Below the pieces are notes generated by a model. It was not told the origin of the DNA. It was given only the letters and a program-made list of their open reading frames with translations, and did no database searches. From the IMG/VR virus record IMGVR_UViG_3300017917_003143, positions 248,001 through 312,000 of that record: DNA of 64,000 nt. One strand, given 5' to 3'. Positions 19,680-29,460 of the stretch are shown here, piece by piece. Each line of letters begins with the position of its first letter. Position 1 is the stretch's first letter. The position numbers and the translations under genes are program-made.

Positions 19680-22600
19680 TTAGAACCCTGTACTATTACC
19701 TAAAATGTCAACTGCCGGTGCCGCATCATCGCTCACTACTCTGGCTCCTGCTTTTGGTCTCGGTTGGGCGGAGTTAGTTCCGGTTGCCGCATTTAAAATT
19801 GATTCAGGAATCGTTGTTCCATATGGATCGTTGTAGGGTGGGGCTGGCAGAGTGTCTGTAGCTTGAGGCGATCCAACTGTGTTTCCTGATCTATTAGCAG
19901 TTGGACCACTTGGAGTTTCTGTGCCAGAATTATTAGATTGCTGTACTTGTGCCACTGTAGATCCGGGCAATTTGCCCACAGTGGCTGCGGTGAGGTCGGC
20001 TGGTTCAATGAGAGGTCTTACTGTGCCCGAAATACGTTGAATAAATCTTCCGCCCTTGAAACTACTGACCACTGTTTGTGCGGCATACACGATGCTCTGT
20101 GATGCCAAATTGTTTTCGCCAGTGGCTTGACTGTAAGCTGTGTTGTTGGCATTGACTTCGGCTAGGCCAGTGGTTAGGTTATAATCAGCTACTGGATTAA
20201 ATCTAACTTCATAGAGAACTTCGCTGGCATCAGTGTTGACCGATCCATCAGGCATGAAAGGTTTTAAATCAATGTTTAAATTGTAAAAGGCCTCTGTTTG
20301 TTGTAGCCAATCAGGATCACCAATGATGGTCAGTGTAGATTTTTCAACATCGCTATCGGTGTACAAGCGTTCAGATAGTTGAGCTGCCGGTGAAGTGGTG
20401 TTGCCTGGGCCGCCAGTACCTTCTGCGTTGGGCTTGTTTTGGAAATAGAATCTCTCATACAGTCGACCGCTGGACAGCTGATTGATTGGCTCAATTTGAT
20501 TGCCTTGTCCGCTACCAAAAGTAGTCACGTACTGATAGTTGACATTGATGTCAAAATCCAAGACTTCAGAGTTTTGTCCTGTGAACCAATAGTTATAGAG
20601 CTTGTGTGTTCCGCGATACTTGGCATTAGGGAACGTGGGCACTAGAGGTGTATTGATCTGGTAACGGCTCACTGTGTAAGTGGTCTTGTAAGCTATGGCT
20701 CGACGTTTTCTATCATACCCTAAAGGTGACACCCTACTGCGTATCTTGAACCACTGCACTGTGCTCACAGGACTTTGAGATCTTGGTTTAAGAGTGGTTT
20801 CATCAAATACAACGTTTTGCTGGCTGGTGATATAACTGCTGTTTCGCATGACCAGATCAATCAACTGTACGATCTGAGTACCTCGAGTCACTGACCAATT
20901 CTTGCTTTCGTTGTCGTATCTTATTCTTCCGGGCAACAGAGTTTCGGCTGCTGTGGTAGCCACTGGCATGGTAGAACGACCTTTGTCTTGTTTGCCTGGG
21001 CGAGATATCTTGGCGTCTTTTAACCCAGGAACATTTTCCAATATGATTTCATATTGATCCGCTATCTCATATCCTTCTTTGTTCTTTAGGTCTAACTGCC
21101 ATTGATTCAATGCTTCACACAGACCCTGTGTGTAAGTTTTACGTATTGATAGATCCGATGCTTTGGCCGGAGCCTGGCTGGAACTTTCTAAATCTCTCAC
21201 AGCATCCTGGTCATTGCGAACCTGTTGTGTGTTAGTGTTGCCTAAAACTGCTTTGCCGTTGAGCAAGGTCTGCACATCTGGTGCATTGAGCTCAAAGTCA
21301 AAAGGTATGGTAGCCATTATTTGATTGTAAGCAATATTGGTATGGCTTACCGTGGCATCCACACGGTATTCTGTATTTCTTCCGGCAATCTTGTAAGTGA
21401 TATTGTTGATCTGGAACGGATACCATTTTTCAACTACGCTGTTGGTATCGCTACCTACTTCTTTGATACCCAGCTGACTGCCATTGACAAGATTACCAGT
21501 AGAATCATATCCATAAAAACGTATGACCATCAAGAAGTTGGCCACTGCTTCGCTCACAGTAGTCTGTCCAGTGCGGGCCAGGTGTTCTTTGACAGCATAC
21601 CGCAGGCGATTGATGAAAGTAATGCCGTTGGGTTCTAGCACTGTAAACTTCATGTTCAATCCATTGTGCGCTCGCATACCACCCTGTGTACCTACTGTGG
21701 CTTCTATGGTCAGGTCGTCTAGGAAGAAATCAACATCAAACCACTTGTTGCGCTGTCCTATACCAAACCCCAGGCCTTTGTCTATGCCACCACTCTGTAT
21801 GATCAACTGTTGTGTGGGCAATACTTTTTTCTGTGTAGCCAGCATGGTCTTGAATTCATTGTCATCCATGATATAGATGCTGACGGTGTAATTCATTGAC
21901 GCCAACTTAGACAGCGGGTTAGCCGTAGGAATTATCCTTGACAAGAATTCTGGAGCAATCGCTGGTCGTTGGCCATCGGCTATGCCGCCACCATTGGTGT
22001 CTGCTATTGATGTCTGCGTATTGTCGTCCGAAGGCGAAATAGTAGGACCTTGTGTCTGTGCCAAGCTCCTAGTTACTCTACCGCCGCCCACTGTAGACAC
22101 ACCATCAACTAGACCAATGTCTTCAACATTGAGTAATTGAGGTTCGACTGCATTGGTTTCTGATGACACTCTAGTGTCAACATCAATTAAATTACCGTCA
22201 TCATCAAATGTCTGCAAGGGGCCTGGAGGATTTTCAACCAACGCATCATCGGCCCTGGCCTGCTGTGCTTGTATGACTTCTTCACCCGACGACGATGCCG
22301 CAGGTCTTACGGTGTTGTATTCCTGATCGTAACGCACAGTATCTAATGTACGGATCAAGGTTGTTGATGTTTGCCTTGCCGAGTCAATACCTCTAGCGAT
22401 ATCCTGGGATCTGGCTGTTAAAGAACGTGTGGCTTCTATTTCTGGCGATATCACTGACTGTGCTGCCATGTCGTTGATTTCTGTTTGCGCATTTCCATTG
22501 CTGGTAGTGGCTAATCCCAAATAAGTGTTGACTTGACCGTACAGCGTTTCAGCTCGTTGCACTTGTTTTGTAGCCACGGCCGCGCCCATGGTGCCAATCA

Positions 22601-22685
22601 ATCTATTGGCAGTATCGAGTTGTTTTTCTGCTTGGTTGAGATAAGTCAGTGCTTGCGACTGGCTTTGTATAAATGTGGCTGCCAT
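19680..22685 (-). CDS. Putative baseplate hub protein (gp27/gpD-like), 1001 aa
   Basis: Lies between gp53 and gp5; motifs FTVLEPNGITF, LTIIGDPDWLQQ and VVSSFKGGRFIQ resemble hub proteins; low-complexity termini. Confidence 0.55.
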   Translation of the reverse strand: MAATFIQSQSQALTYLNQAEKQLDTANRLIGTMGAAVATKQVQRAETLYGQVNTYLGLATTSNGNAQTEINDMAAQSVISPEIEATRSLTARSQDIARGIDSARQTSTTLIRTLDTVRYDQEYNTVRPAASSSGEEVIQAQQARADDALVENPPGPLQTFDDDGNLIDVDTRVSSETNAVEPQLLNVEDIGLVDGVSTVGGGRVTRSLAQTQGPTISPSDDNTQTSIADTNGGGIADGQRPAIAPEFLSRIIPTANPLSKLASMNYTVSIYIMDDNEFKTMLATQKKVLPTQQLIIQSGGIDKGLGFGIGQRNKWFDVDFFLDDLTIEATVGTQGGMRAHNGLNMKFTVLEPNGITFINRLRYAVKEHLARTGQTTVSEAVANFLMVIRFYGYDSTGNLVNGSQLGIKEVGSDTNSVVEKWYPFQINNITYKIAGRNTEYRVDATVSHTNIAYNQIMATIPFDFELNAPDVQTLLNGKAVLGNTNTQQVRNDQDAVRDLESSSQAPAKASDLSIRKTYTQGLCEALNQWQLDLKNKEGYEIADQYEIILENVPGLKDAKISRPGKQDKGRSTMPVATTAAETLLPGRIRYDNESKNWSVTRGTQIVQLIDLVMRNSSYITSQQNVVFDETTLKPRSQSPVSTVQWFKIRSRVSPLGYDRKRRAIAYKTTYTVSRYQINTPLVPTFPNAKYRGTHKLYNYWFTGQNSEVLDFDINVNYQYVTTFGSGQGNQIEPINQLSSGRLYERFYFQNKPNAEGTGGPGNTTSPAAQLSERLYTDSDVEKSTLTIIGDPDWLQQTEAFYNLNIDLKPFMPDGSVNTDASEVLYEVRFNPVADYNLTTGLAEVNANNTAYSQATGENNLASQSIVYAAQTVVSSFKGGRFIQRISGTVRPLIEPADLTAATVGKLPGSTVAQVQQSNNSGTETPSGPTANRSGNTVGSPQATDTLPAPPYNDPYGTTIPESILNAATGTNSAQPRPKAGARVVSDDAAPAVDILGNSTGF

Positions 22686-22688
22686 GCG

Positions 22689-22991
22689 TTAGAATCCCAA
22701 GGCGGCTTTGAGTGTGTCAATTTTTGGAATGTAAATCTGGACACCTTCTCGGAAATCGCCCAGGGGATCAGTCAAAGTATTTGGATTGCGTTGGGCAAAC
22801 ACCCACCACAGTCCAGCATCGCCATACAAGTCATACGCCAGCAAATCTGGGCGCAAATTGTAGGTGGCATTGATTTTGAACAGTATGTCATCGACCTGGC
22901 GAGGTATAGGGCGATTGGTCATGAACCCAAGATAGATATTGTTTACCTTGGGTGTTGAAAAATATGGGCTCGTAGGAACATACACAGACAT
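22689..22991 (-). CDS. gp53: Baseplate wedge subunit, gp53-like (LysM-like)
   Basis: YNLRPDLLAYDLYGDAGLWWVFAQRN...IYIP is the gp53 signature. Confidence 0.85.
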   Translation of the reverse strand: MSVYVPTSPYFSTPKVNNIYLGFMTNRPIPRQVDDILFKINATYNLRPDLLAYDLYGDAGLWWVFAQRNPNTLTDPLGDFREGVQIYIPKIDTLKAALGF

Positions 22992-22992
22992 T

Positions 22993-24825
22993 TTACCAGA
23001 ATCCTCCTCTTAGCAAGTTACCATTGGCATACTTTTCAAGGCTGAATTGTTGGCTGACCTGTGATCGTGTTGGCATTGGCAACAATGTCAGAGATATACT
23101 CATCTTGGTAGGCACATAAGTTGGAGAGTTCAAACCAAGATTAGGTGGTGGTGGTGGTATATTAACGCCACCTTGTGGAAGATTAGCGCCACGCAGTCTG
23201 TCTATAATGTTAGTCAAACTATATGATGCTGTAGCTGATCCTGTGAGTGTGCGACGGAACATCAGCCCGTTGCCACCTTGTGTTACACCAGCCGAAGTTG
23301 ACTGACGCCCACGAGAGCGTATGTAATCTACATCGCTGGGCAAGTTGTAGTTAAACTGACTGATTACACAAGGATGTTCATTAAACTGAAATTCACCTAG
23401 TCCACTCAAAAATACCAACGGTGGCGGCGCACCTCGATCATCATCCTGCCCATAAAACATTTTAGTACATGATCTAAAAAAGTGTATCGTAGCCAAAAGA
23501 TAATCGGCTTCTTTGGTATCCTGTGCAGTGAAGTCTGCTGTCAGTACGATTTCTCCGACTTTACTGCCTTTGTAAAAATATCCTCTATAGTTTGAATGTA
23601 TAAGATCTGTTGGATTGTACTCTGCAGAGTAGACCATGTCTATGCGAGGAGTGTAAGGAAATATCACACCATCGGTTTCTTGCAAAGGTTGTAGTATGCC
23701 CGGAGTTTCATTTTTATAAAGATAGTAAGCATTAGGAGCCAGGCGCAATCTTACACGCCAGTCACCATCGCCTGTGGCCTTACCATTGGCCTTGCGTAGA
23801 GCAGAAACAGATGCTTGCTGTCTTGCACGATCTAATGCGGCCTGAGCCAAAGCCGCTTCTTCGATGTCTGCCTCGGTTGGTTCTCTTACAAGATCTGAGC
23901 CTTCGGTGTCTACTTCAGTATCAATGTCTTCGGCGGCCACACGCAGACCACCTGGTGTTATAACAAAGTCAGGATTTTCTGCGTCAACGATGCGTTGACC
24001 ACCTGCTGTGAATTCTACTATGCCGCCTTCGGGTATTTCTTCGGTATTGTCAATGGCCACATCTTCGGCCAGTCTACGGATTCCTGTCTCTGTTCCAACA
24101 AAACCTTGCTCGTCGACAAATTCACCGGCAGCAACTTCCAATACTCGTCCATCAGGAAAAAATACTGTCTGCGATGACACTGGCTCAGGCACTAAAGTTA
24201 AGTCTGAGTTAGATGGTACTGCCACTGTGTCTAACGTGGCCAACGGATCTCCAGTGTTGGTAGAAGCGGCATCATCATTGATCACAGAAGGTTGCACAGT
24301 TACCGCGCCATTTACTGCTGTTCCAGGTGGGCCCGACGGAACCTGAGGATTTGGAGGGTTGCCTGCGGCAGCTGGTGCTGTGACCAACTGAGGAGGTGGC
24401 GGATTCGTCCTGTTTCCGTAAAAATCTTTATACAGCGGATCCTTGCTATAATCGATTGTGGCAGCAGGACCTTGGGAATTTATTCTTCTTACTAATGCTT
24501 CTTGTTCTTCTGGAGTAAGGCTTCTGGTCCCAGTGTAAGTCACTCCAGAAGGACTCACTGGTTGTAATTCTGTTGGTTGTATGTTGGTTTGTGGGGTCAC
24601 TGGGCTGGTTGTCGCACCGGTCGACGGTGTTGTTTGTATACCGCCGCTTAGATTAAAATCTTCTGCGCGAGCACGTGCCAATGCCGCAGGCGAATCATTG
24701 CCGCTTTTAGCCACGCTGGCAGCCACAGATTCATTCTCAAAAAATCCAATGGTAACTTGCTTGTCAACATCAATGACGTTGAAGCCTTTTTCATATCTGT
24801 TGCGTGTGTAGGTTAAGTTGGCCAT
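22993..24825 (-). CDS. Putative baseplate tail-tube cap/initiator (gp48/gp54-like), 610 aa
   Basis: C-terminal VIFPYTP...YFYKGS...LTADFTAQ...PPPLVFLSGLG...PCVISQFNYNLPSDVDY...PTKMSISLTL is a tube-like fold pattern; long Pro/Thr/acidic N-terminus; upstream of gp53. Confidence 0.55.
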   Translation of the reverse strand: MANLTYTRNRYEKGFNVIDVDKQVTIGFFENESVAASVAKSGNDSPAALARARAEDFNLSGGIQTTPSTGATTSPVTPQTNIQPTELQPVSPSGVTYTGTRSLTPEEQEALVRRINSQGPAATIDYSKDPLYKDFYGNRTNPPPPQLVTAPAAAGNPPNPQVPSGPPGTAVNGAVTVQPSVINDDAASTNTGDPLATLDTVAVPSNSDLTLVPEPVSSQTVFFPDGRVLEVAAGEFVDEQGFVGTETGIRRLAEDVAIDNTEEIPEGGIVEFTAGGQRIVDAENPDFVITPGGLRVAAEDIDTEVDTEGSDLVREPTEADIEEAALAQAALDRARQQASVSALRKANGKATGDGDWRVRLRLAPNAYYLYKNETPGILQPLQETDGVIFPYTPRIDMVYSAEYNPTDLIHSNYRGYFYKGSKVGEIVLTADFTAQDTKEADYLLATIHFFRSCTKMFYGQDDDRGAPPPLVFLSGLGEFQFNEHPCVISQFNYNLPSDVDYIRSRGRQSTSAGVTQGGNGLMFRRTLTGSATASYSLTNIIDRLRGANLPQGGVNIPPPPPNLGLNSPTYVPTKMSISLTLLPMPTRSQVSQQFSLEKYANGNLLRGGFW

Positions 24826-24885
24826 GGTGAATTCCTTGTTGTATTTACCGATGGCAAAAACGGCTAAGTTAATCCTACAAAAGGT

Positions 24886-24913
24886 TTGACGATAGGGCAG
24901 AGTGTTGTATAAT
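24886..24913 (+). promoter_or_regulatory. Sigma70-type promoter for gp55
   Basis: TTGACG-16 nt-TATAAT. Confidence 0.7.
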
Positions 24914-24940
24914 AACTACACTATAGGAGAAGTTAAACTC

Positions 24941-25837
24941 ATGGCTACAACAGCTACGCCCACCCCAAAAAAGGTCAATTATCTCAACAACAGAGATATC
25001 CTCAAGGAAATACACCTAAGCAAAAACACATACTGTTCTTATCGTGATCCTGTGTTAGATCATCAATACGATATCATCCTGCCATCACTAGAAAAGATCA
25101 ACCAGCGCACTATCGCCGAAGCACGGCGCAATCGTGCAGATCGTATCAAACGCGAAACTGGCGAAGTAGTTAACGATAAAAAGATCCCACACACAGATTT
25201 GGTGTTCCGCATCACTACCTGGGAACACATACCTATGGCACCCAAGAAACAAACCAAAGCACAGCAGAAAAAAAGCAAGATGGAAGAGCTATTGGAGATT
25301 GATGACACAGCAGAATCTGATGGTTTAGAAGACCTAGTCGACGTACCTGTGTTAGACATGAATCATGTAAGATTAAACTTTCCACCCTTTTTCCACTATC
25401 GTTTAGACGAAAATAAAGAGCCGTTTTTGGTAGGAAAGTCGCATTGGAAGGGTACCTTAGATGGGGGCGAGTTCTGCAGAGATCACGGCAAAATGACCAA
25501 TAAATTGGCCACCATGTTTATCAAACTCTGCGAAAGATATGCCACACGGAGCAACTGGCGCGGATACACTTACAACGAAGAAATGCGTGGACAAGCCTTG
25601 CTACAGCTATCTCAAATAGGATTGCAGTTCGACGAATCCAAGTCGCAAAACCCGTTTGCTTACTATACAGCGGCCATTACAAACTCGTTTACTAGGGTGT
25701 TAAACATTGAGAAGAAAATGCAAAACATTCGTGACGACATACTCGAAATGAACGGACTCAACCCATCATGGACACGTCAATTTTCAGAAAGCCATAACAA
25801 GACTGCCGAAGCGGTTGCAAACAGCTCTGAAGAATAG
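24941..25837 (+). CDS. gp55: Late-transcription sigma factor, gp55-like
   Basis: VNYLNNRDILKEI and RYATRSNWRGYTYNEEMRGQALLQLSQIGLQFDESKSQNPFAYYTAAITNSFTRVLNIEKK. ATG at 24941 follows an AGGAGA Shine-Dalgarno and is preferred to the track start at 24902. Confidence 0.88.
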   Translation: MATTATPTPKKVNYLNNRDILKEIHLSKNTYCSYRDPVLDHQYDIILPSLEKINQRTIAEARRNRADRIKRETGEVVNDKKIPHTDLVFRITTWEHIPMAPKKQTKAQQKKSKMEELLEIDDTAESDGLEDLVDVPVLDMNHVRLNFPPFFHYRLDENKEPFLVGKSHWKGTLDGGEFCRDHGKMTNKLATMFIKLCERYATRSNWRGYTYNEEMRGQALLQLSQIGLQFDESKSQNPFAYYTAAITNSFTRVLNIEKKMQNIRDDILEMNGLNPSWTRQFSESHNKTAEAVANSSEE

Positions 25838-25843
25838 TATACT
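25815..25843 (+). promoter_or_regulatory. Sigma70-type promoter for gp47, near-leaderless
   Basis: TTGCAA-17 nt-TATACT, 8 nt before the ATG, no Shine-Dalgarno. Confidence 0.6.
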
Positions 25844-25851
25844 GCTATCAT

Positions 25852-26868
25852 ATGGCCAACTTATTCAAGAAGGCTATCGTTTTCACTGACATCCACTTTG
25901 GACTGAAATCGAATAGCCTATTACACAATCAGGATTGCGAGAAGTTTGTAGATTGGATCATTGCCACAGCCAAGGAGCAAGGTTGCGAAACCGGTATGTT
26001 CCTAGGCGATTGGCATCATCATCGTGCGGCAATCAATCTACAAACACTAAACTTTAGTTTGCAGGCTCTGGAAAAACTATCCCGAGCCTTTTCGCAGTTT
26101 TTCTTCATACCCGGAAATCACGATCTCTACTACAGAGACAAGCGTGACATCCACGGTGCAGCCTGGGCCAAGCACTTGCCCAACATCCACATCTGCAATG
26201 ACTGGTTTGAAGAAGGTGATGTCATCATCGCTCCTTGGTTAGTAGGCGATGATCACAAGCGTATCCAAAAAATGTCCAGCAAGTACATGTTTGGACACTT
26301 TGAACTGCCACACTTCAAGATGAATGCCATGGTAGAAATGCCAGACCACGGTGAGATACAGGCCGCACACTTTGGACACTATGACAAGGTGTTCTCTGGG
26401 CATTTCCACCTGCGGCAACACAAAAACAACATCAACTACATCGGCAATGCGTTTCCGCACAACTTTGCCGACGCAGGAGATGACAAGCGCGGCTGTATGA
26501 TTCTTGAGTGGGGAGCAGAGCCCGAGTATCATGCCTGGCCCGAACAACCTCTTTACAATGTTTTCGATCTTTCTACTTTGATCGATCATGGAGATCAGCT
26601 GTTGAAACCCAACATGCATGTGCGTGTACAGCTGGACATTGAGATATCATACGAAGAAGCCACATTCATCAAAGATACATTTATCGCCAAACACAGTCTC
26701 AGAGAAATGGCGCTGATTCCAAACAAGAGATCTGCCTTGGAAGAAGACATGGCGCCAGGCGAAATACGTTTTGAATCTGTAGATCAGATTGTTACTGATC
26801 AGATCACCAAGATTGAATCCGAGTTTTACGATCCCAAATTGTTGTTACAAATCTATCAGGCTCTATGA
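25852..26868 (+). CDS. gp47: Recombination endonuclease subunit (Mre11/SbcD-like)
   Basis: Metallophosphoesterase motifs FTDIHFG, LGDWHH, PGNHD, GHFE and SGHFH; adjacent to gp46. Confidence 0.93.
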   Translation: MANLFKKAIVFTDIHFGLKSNSLLHNQDCEKFVDWIIATAKEQGCETGMFLGDWHHHRAAINLQTLNFSLQALEKLSRAFSQFFFIPGNHDLYYRDKRDIHGAAWAKHLPNIHICNDWFEEGDVIIAPWLVGDDHKRIQKMSSKYMFGHFELPHFKMNAMVEMPDHGEIQAAHFGHYDKVFSGHFHLRQHKNNINYIGNAFPHNFADAGDDKRGCMILEWGAEPEYHAWPEQPLYNVFDLSTLIDHGDQLLKPNMHVRVQLDIEISYEEATFIKDTFIAKHSLREMALIPNKRSALEEDMAPGEIRFESVDQIVTDQITKIESEFYDPKLLLQIYQAL

Positions 26869-28628
26869 TACAAATAAAAGACTTGACCGTTAAAAACTTT
26901 ATGAGTGTGGGCAATGCCACACAAGCCATCAACTTTGATCGTAGAGACCTCACGCTGGTCCTGGGCGAAAACCTTGACCTGGGTGGTGACGGTAGTAGGA
27001 ATGGCACGGGTAAAACTACTATTATCAATGCCTTGAGCTATGCCCTGTATGGGCAGGCCCTGACCAACATCCGTCGAGACAATCTCATCAACAAGACCAA
27101 TGGCAAAGCTATGCTGGTTTCTTTGGATTTCAACATCAACGGCAAGGACTACAGGATCGAGCGAGGGCGTAAACCCAATGTGCTAAAGTTCTATGTCAAC
27201 AATGAAGAACAAGCCGCAGATGACAACAGCCAGGGCGACAGTCGTGAAACACAGGATGCCATCGAGTCTGCGCTGGGTATGAGTCACGACATGTTCAAAC
27301 ATGTGCTGGCCTTGAACACATACACAGAACCTTTCTTGAGTTTGAAAGCTAATGATCAACGAGCCATAATTGAACAGCTCTTAGGCATCACTTTGCTTTC
27401 AGAACGTGCTGAACGCATCAAGGAACTCAACAGAGAAACCAAAGATGCCATCACGCAAGAAGAGATGCGTATCCGAGCTGTACAAGAAGCCAACAAACGC
27501 ATAGAGGAGCAGATTGAAAATCTCAAGAGGCGCCAAACACTATGGATTTCCAAGCAAACGGAAGACGTTGAAAAACTTGAAAAAGCCATTGAAGATCTCA
27601 AGGCGATTGATATTGAAGCGGAAATACAGGCGCACCGCGATCATGCCACGTGGGACCAAAAAAGGAAAGACTTCAACGACTTACAGAGTGCGCTTTCCCG
27701 TGCTAAACTCGAGCGTGATCGCGAAGATAAAACCATTAAAAAGGTTGCATCAGAGATTACGTCACTTGAAAACCATACCTGCCATACGTGCGGTCAAGCG
27801 TTCCACGACCATAAGCACCAACAAGTGTTGGAAAAAAAGCAGAAGGAGTTGGCAGATGCTCGAGAGGCAAGCCAGCAACATAGCACCACAGTATCAGACT
27901 TGGAGACTGCCATCGCCTCCCTGGGCGAGATAGGTAAGCCGCCCAAAATGTTCTATGATCAAGAAAGCGATGCCATAGAACATCGTGCCAACTTGGCTGC
28001 TTTGGAAAAGCAGTTGGAAAGCAAAAAAATTGAAACCGATCCCTATGGTGAGCAGATCGAAGAAATGTCTGGACAAGCCTTGCAAACAGTGAGTTATGAC
28101 ACACTCAACGAACTCACACGTCTGCAAGAGCATCAGGACTTTTTGCTCAAGCTACTCACCAACAAAGATTCGTTTATTCGTAAGAAAATCATCGAACAGA
28201 ATCTTAGCTATCTGAACTCAAGACTCACACACTATCTTGACAGGATCGGATTGCCTCATCAGGTTATCTTCCAAAACGATCTTACTGTGGAGATCACTGA
28301 ACTGGGTCGAGATCTTGATTTTGATAATCTGAGCAGAGGTGAACGCAATCGTTTGATACTAAGTATGTCGTGGGCTTTTAGAGATGTCTGGGAGAGCCTA
28401 TATCATCCAATCAACGTGCTGTTCATTGACGAGCTTGTGGATTCTGGTATGGATACACAGGGCGTTGAAAACTCCTTGGCATTGCTTAAGAAAATGAGTC
28501 GTGAACGACACAAGAGCATTTGGCTGGTAAGTCATAGAGACGAGCTGGCTGGACGAGTAGAAAACATACTCAAAGTTGTGAAAGAAAACGGGTTTACCAG
28601 TTATAACACAGATGTAGAAATTTCATGA
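26865..28628 (+). CDS. gp46: Recombination ATPase subunit (Rad50/SbcC-like)
   Basis: Walker A GSRNGTGKTT, coiled coil with a CHTC zinc hook, signature LSRGE and Walker B LFIDE. Confidence 0.93.
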   Translation: MIQIKDLTVKNFMSVGNATQAINFDRRDLTLVLGENLDLGGDGSRNGTGKTTIINALSYALYGQALTNIRRDNLINKTNGKAMLVSLDFNINGKDYRIERGRKPNVLKFYVNNEEQAADDNSQGDSRETQDAIESALGMSHDMFKHVLALNTYTEPFLSLKANDQRAIIEQLLGITLLSERAERIKELNRETKDAITQEEMRIRAVQEANKRIEEQIENLKRRQTLWISKQTEDVEKLEKAIEDLKAIDIEAEIQAHRDHATWDQKRKDFNDLQSALSRAKLERDREDKTIKKVASEITSLENHTCHTCGQAFHDHKHQQVLEKKQKELADAREASQQHSTTVSDLETAIASLGEIGKPPKMFYDQESDAIEHRANLAALEKQLESKKIETDPYGEQIEEMSGQALQTVSYDTLNELTRLQEHQDFLLKLLTNKDSFIRKKIIEQNLSYLNSRLTHYLDRIGLPHQVIFQNDLTVEITELGRDLDFDNLSRGERNRLILSMSWAFRDVWESLYHPINVLFIDELVDSGMDTQGVENSLALLKKMSRERHKSIWLVSHRDELAGRVENILKVVKENGFTSYNTDVEIS

Positions 28629-28658
28629 TCACGAGCAGAATATGATAAACAATAGCTC

Positions 28659-29093
28659 ATGTCATGGCTTTTCGAATCTCAAGAAATTACGGAACTACCC
28701 GAAGATTGCGTTGGTTTTGTTTATTTGATCACTAATAAACTGACCGGCAGGAAATATATTGGCAAAAAACTTGCAAAATTTAAGCGAACAACATACAAAG
28801 TAGTCAAACTCAAAAACGGCAACAAGAAACGCAAAAAAATTCGTGGCAAAATAGATTCAGATTGGCAAACATATTATGGCAGTTCTCCGGAGTTATCTCG
28901 AGATGTTGAACTGTTAGGCTCACAAAACTTCTCACGCGAAATCTTATACTACTGTAGGTCCAAGGCTGAATGTAGCTATATCGAAGCTCGCGAACAATTT
29001 TCCCGACGTGTATTAGAATCAGATGATTACTACAACGGGCACATACAAGTGCGTGTACATGGTAGTCATATCAAAGGCAAGATCGCTCAGTAA
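28659..29093 (+). CDS. Stand-alone GIY-YIG nuclease-domain protein (Seg-like family) with a basic insertion
   Basis: GFVYLITNKLTGRKYIG motif, a later Glu (YIEARE) and Asn (YYNG); 144 aa with no separate C-terminal DNA-binding domain. Confidence 0.8.
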   Translation: MSWLFESQEITELPEDCVGFVYLITNKLTGRKYIGKKLAKFKRTTYKVVKLKNGNKKRKKIRGKIDSDWQTYYGSSPELSRDVELLGSQNFSREILYYCRSKAECSYIEAREQFSRRVLESDDYYNGHIQVRVHGSHIKGKIAQ

Positions 29094-29460
29094 AGACTCG
29101 CACAGGTCAATATCGTGTGCCGAACAGTAGAAACCTGGACCCAAGGTCGCAGGGATCCGAAGCCTCGTCGCTGAAACGAGCACTCAATCAGTATCCTTGA
29201 CAGGACCACGATCGCAAATGCCTGCGGTTTGATTGTTTGAATAGAATATAAAGGGAAAAAGACGTAGCAGTGATGCTACACGTCAACATAATATGTTAGC
29301 GTATGTTATGTTGGCCGCCGTTGTGATAAAGACACAGCTCGAGGTACCGGACAACCGCCTCTGTAATGCTGTAACGCTAAGTGACTGTTCGTACTCGGAT
29401 GATGACACCTCTTTGCCCTGTGCGGGCAAAGTGTGACCATAGTATCTGGATGATAACTGT
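29094..29460 (+). ncRNA. Candidate large structured non-coding RNA (strand inferred, family unknown)
   Basis: Part of a 447-nt gap between convergent genes. About ten hairpins visible by eye, including a three-way junction and a GNRA-capped stem; no U-tracts; no credible ORF. Confidence 0.55.

Noticed and set aside
27514-27933. 139-aa basic ORF in another frame inside gp46
   Set aside because: No Shine-Dalgarno or promoter; a typical frame-shifted shadow of an E/K-rich coiled coil.
29261-29284. Hairpin with GNRA loop and AC bulge resembling group II intron domain V
   Set aside because: The lower stem is only 3 bp, there is no AGC/CGC catalytic triad, no domain VI, no interrupted gene and no reverse transcriptase nearby.
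28659-29460. Group I intron carrying a GIY-YIG homing endonuclease
   Set aside because: gp46 ends intact and no split exon flanks the region. The AGTGACTG and CATAGT segments only loosely resemble R/S elements, and I could not build P7/P3.
29161-29460. Hammerhead ribozyme (CTGAAACGAG, GATGA motifs)
   Set aside because: No CUGANGA...GAAA core in the correct order with three stems.
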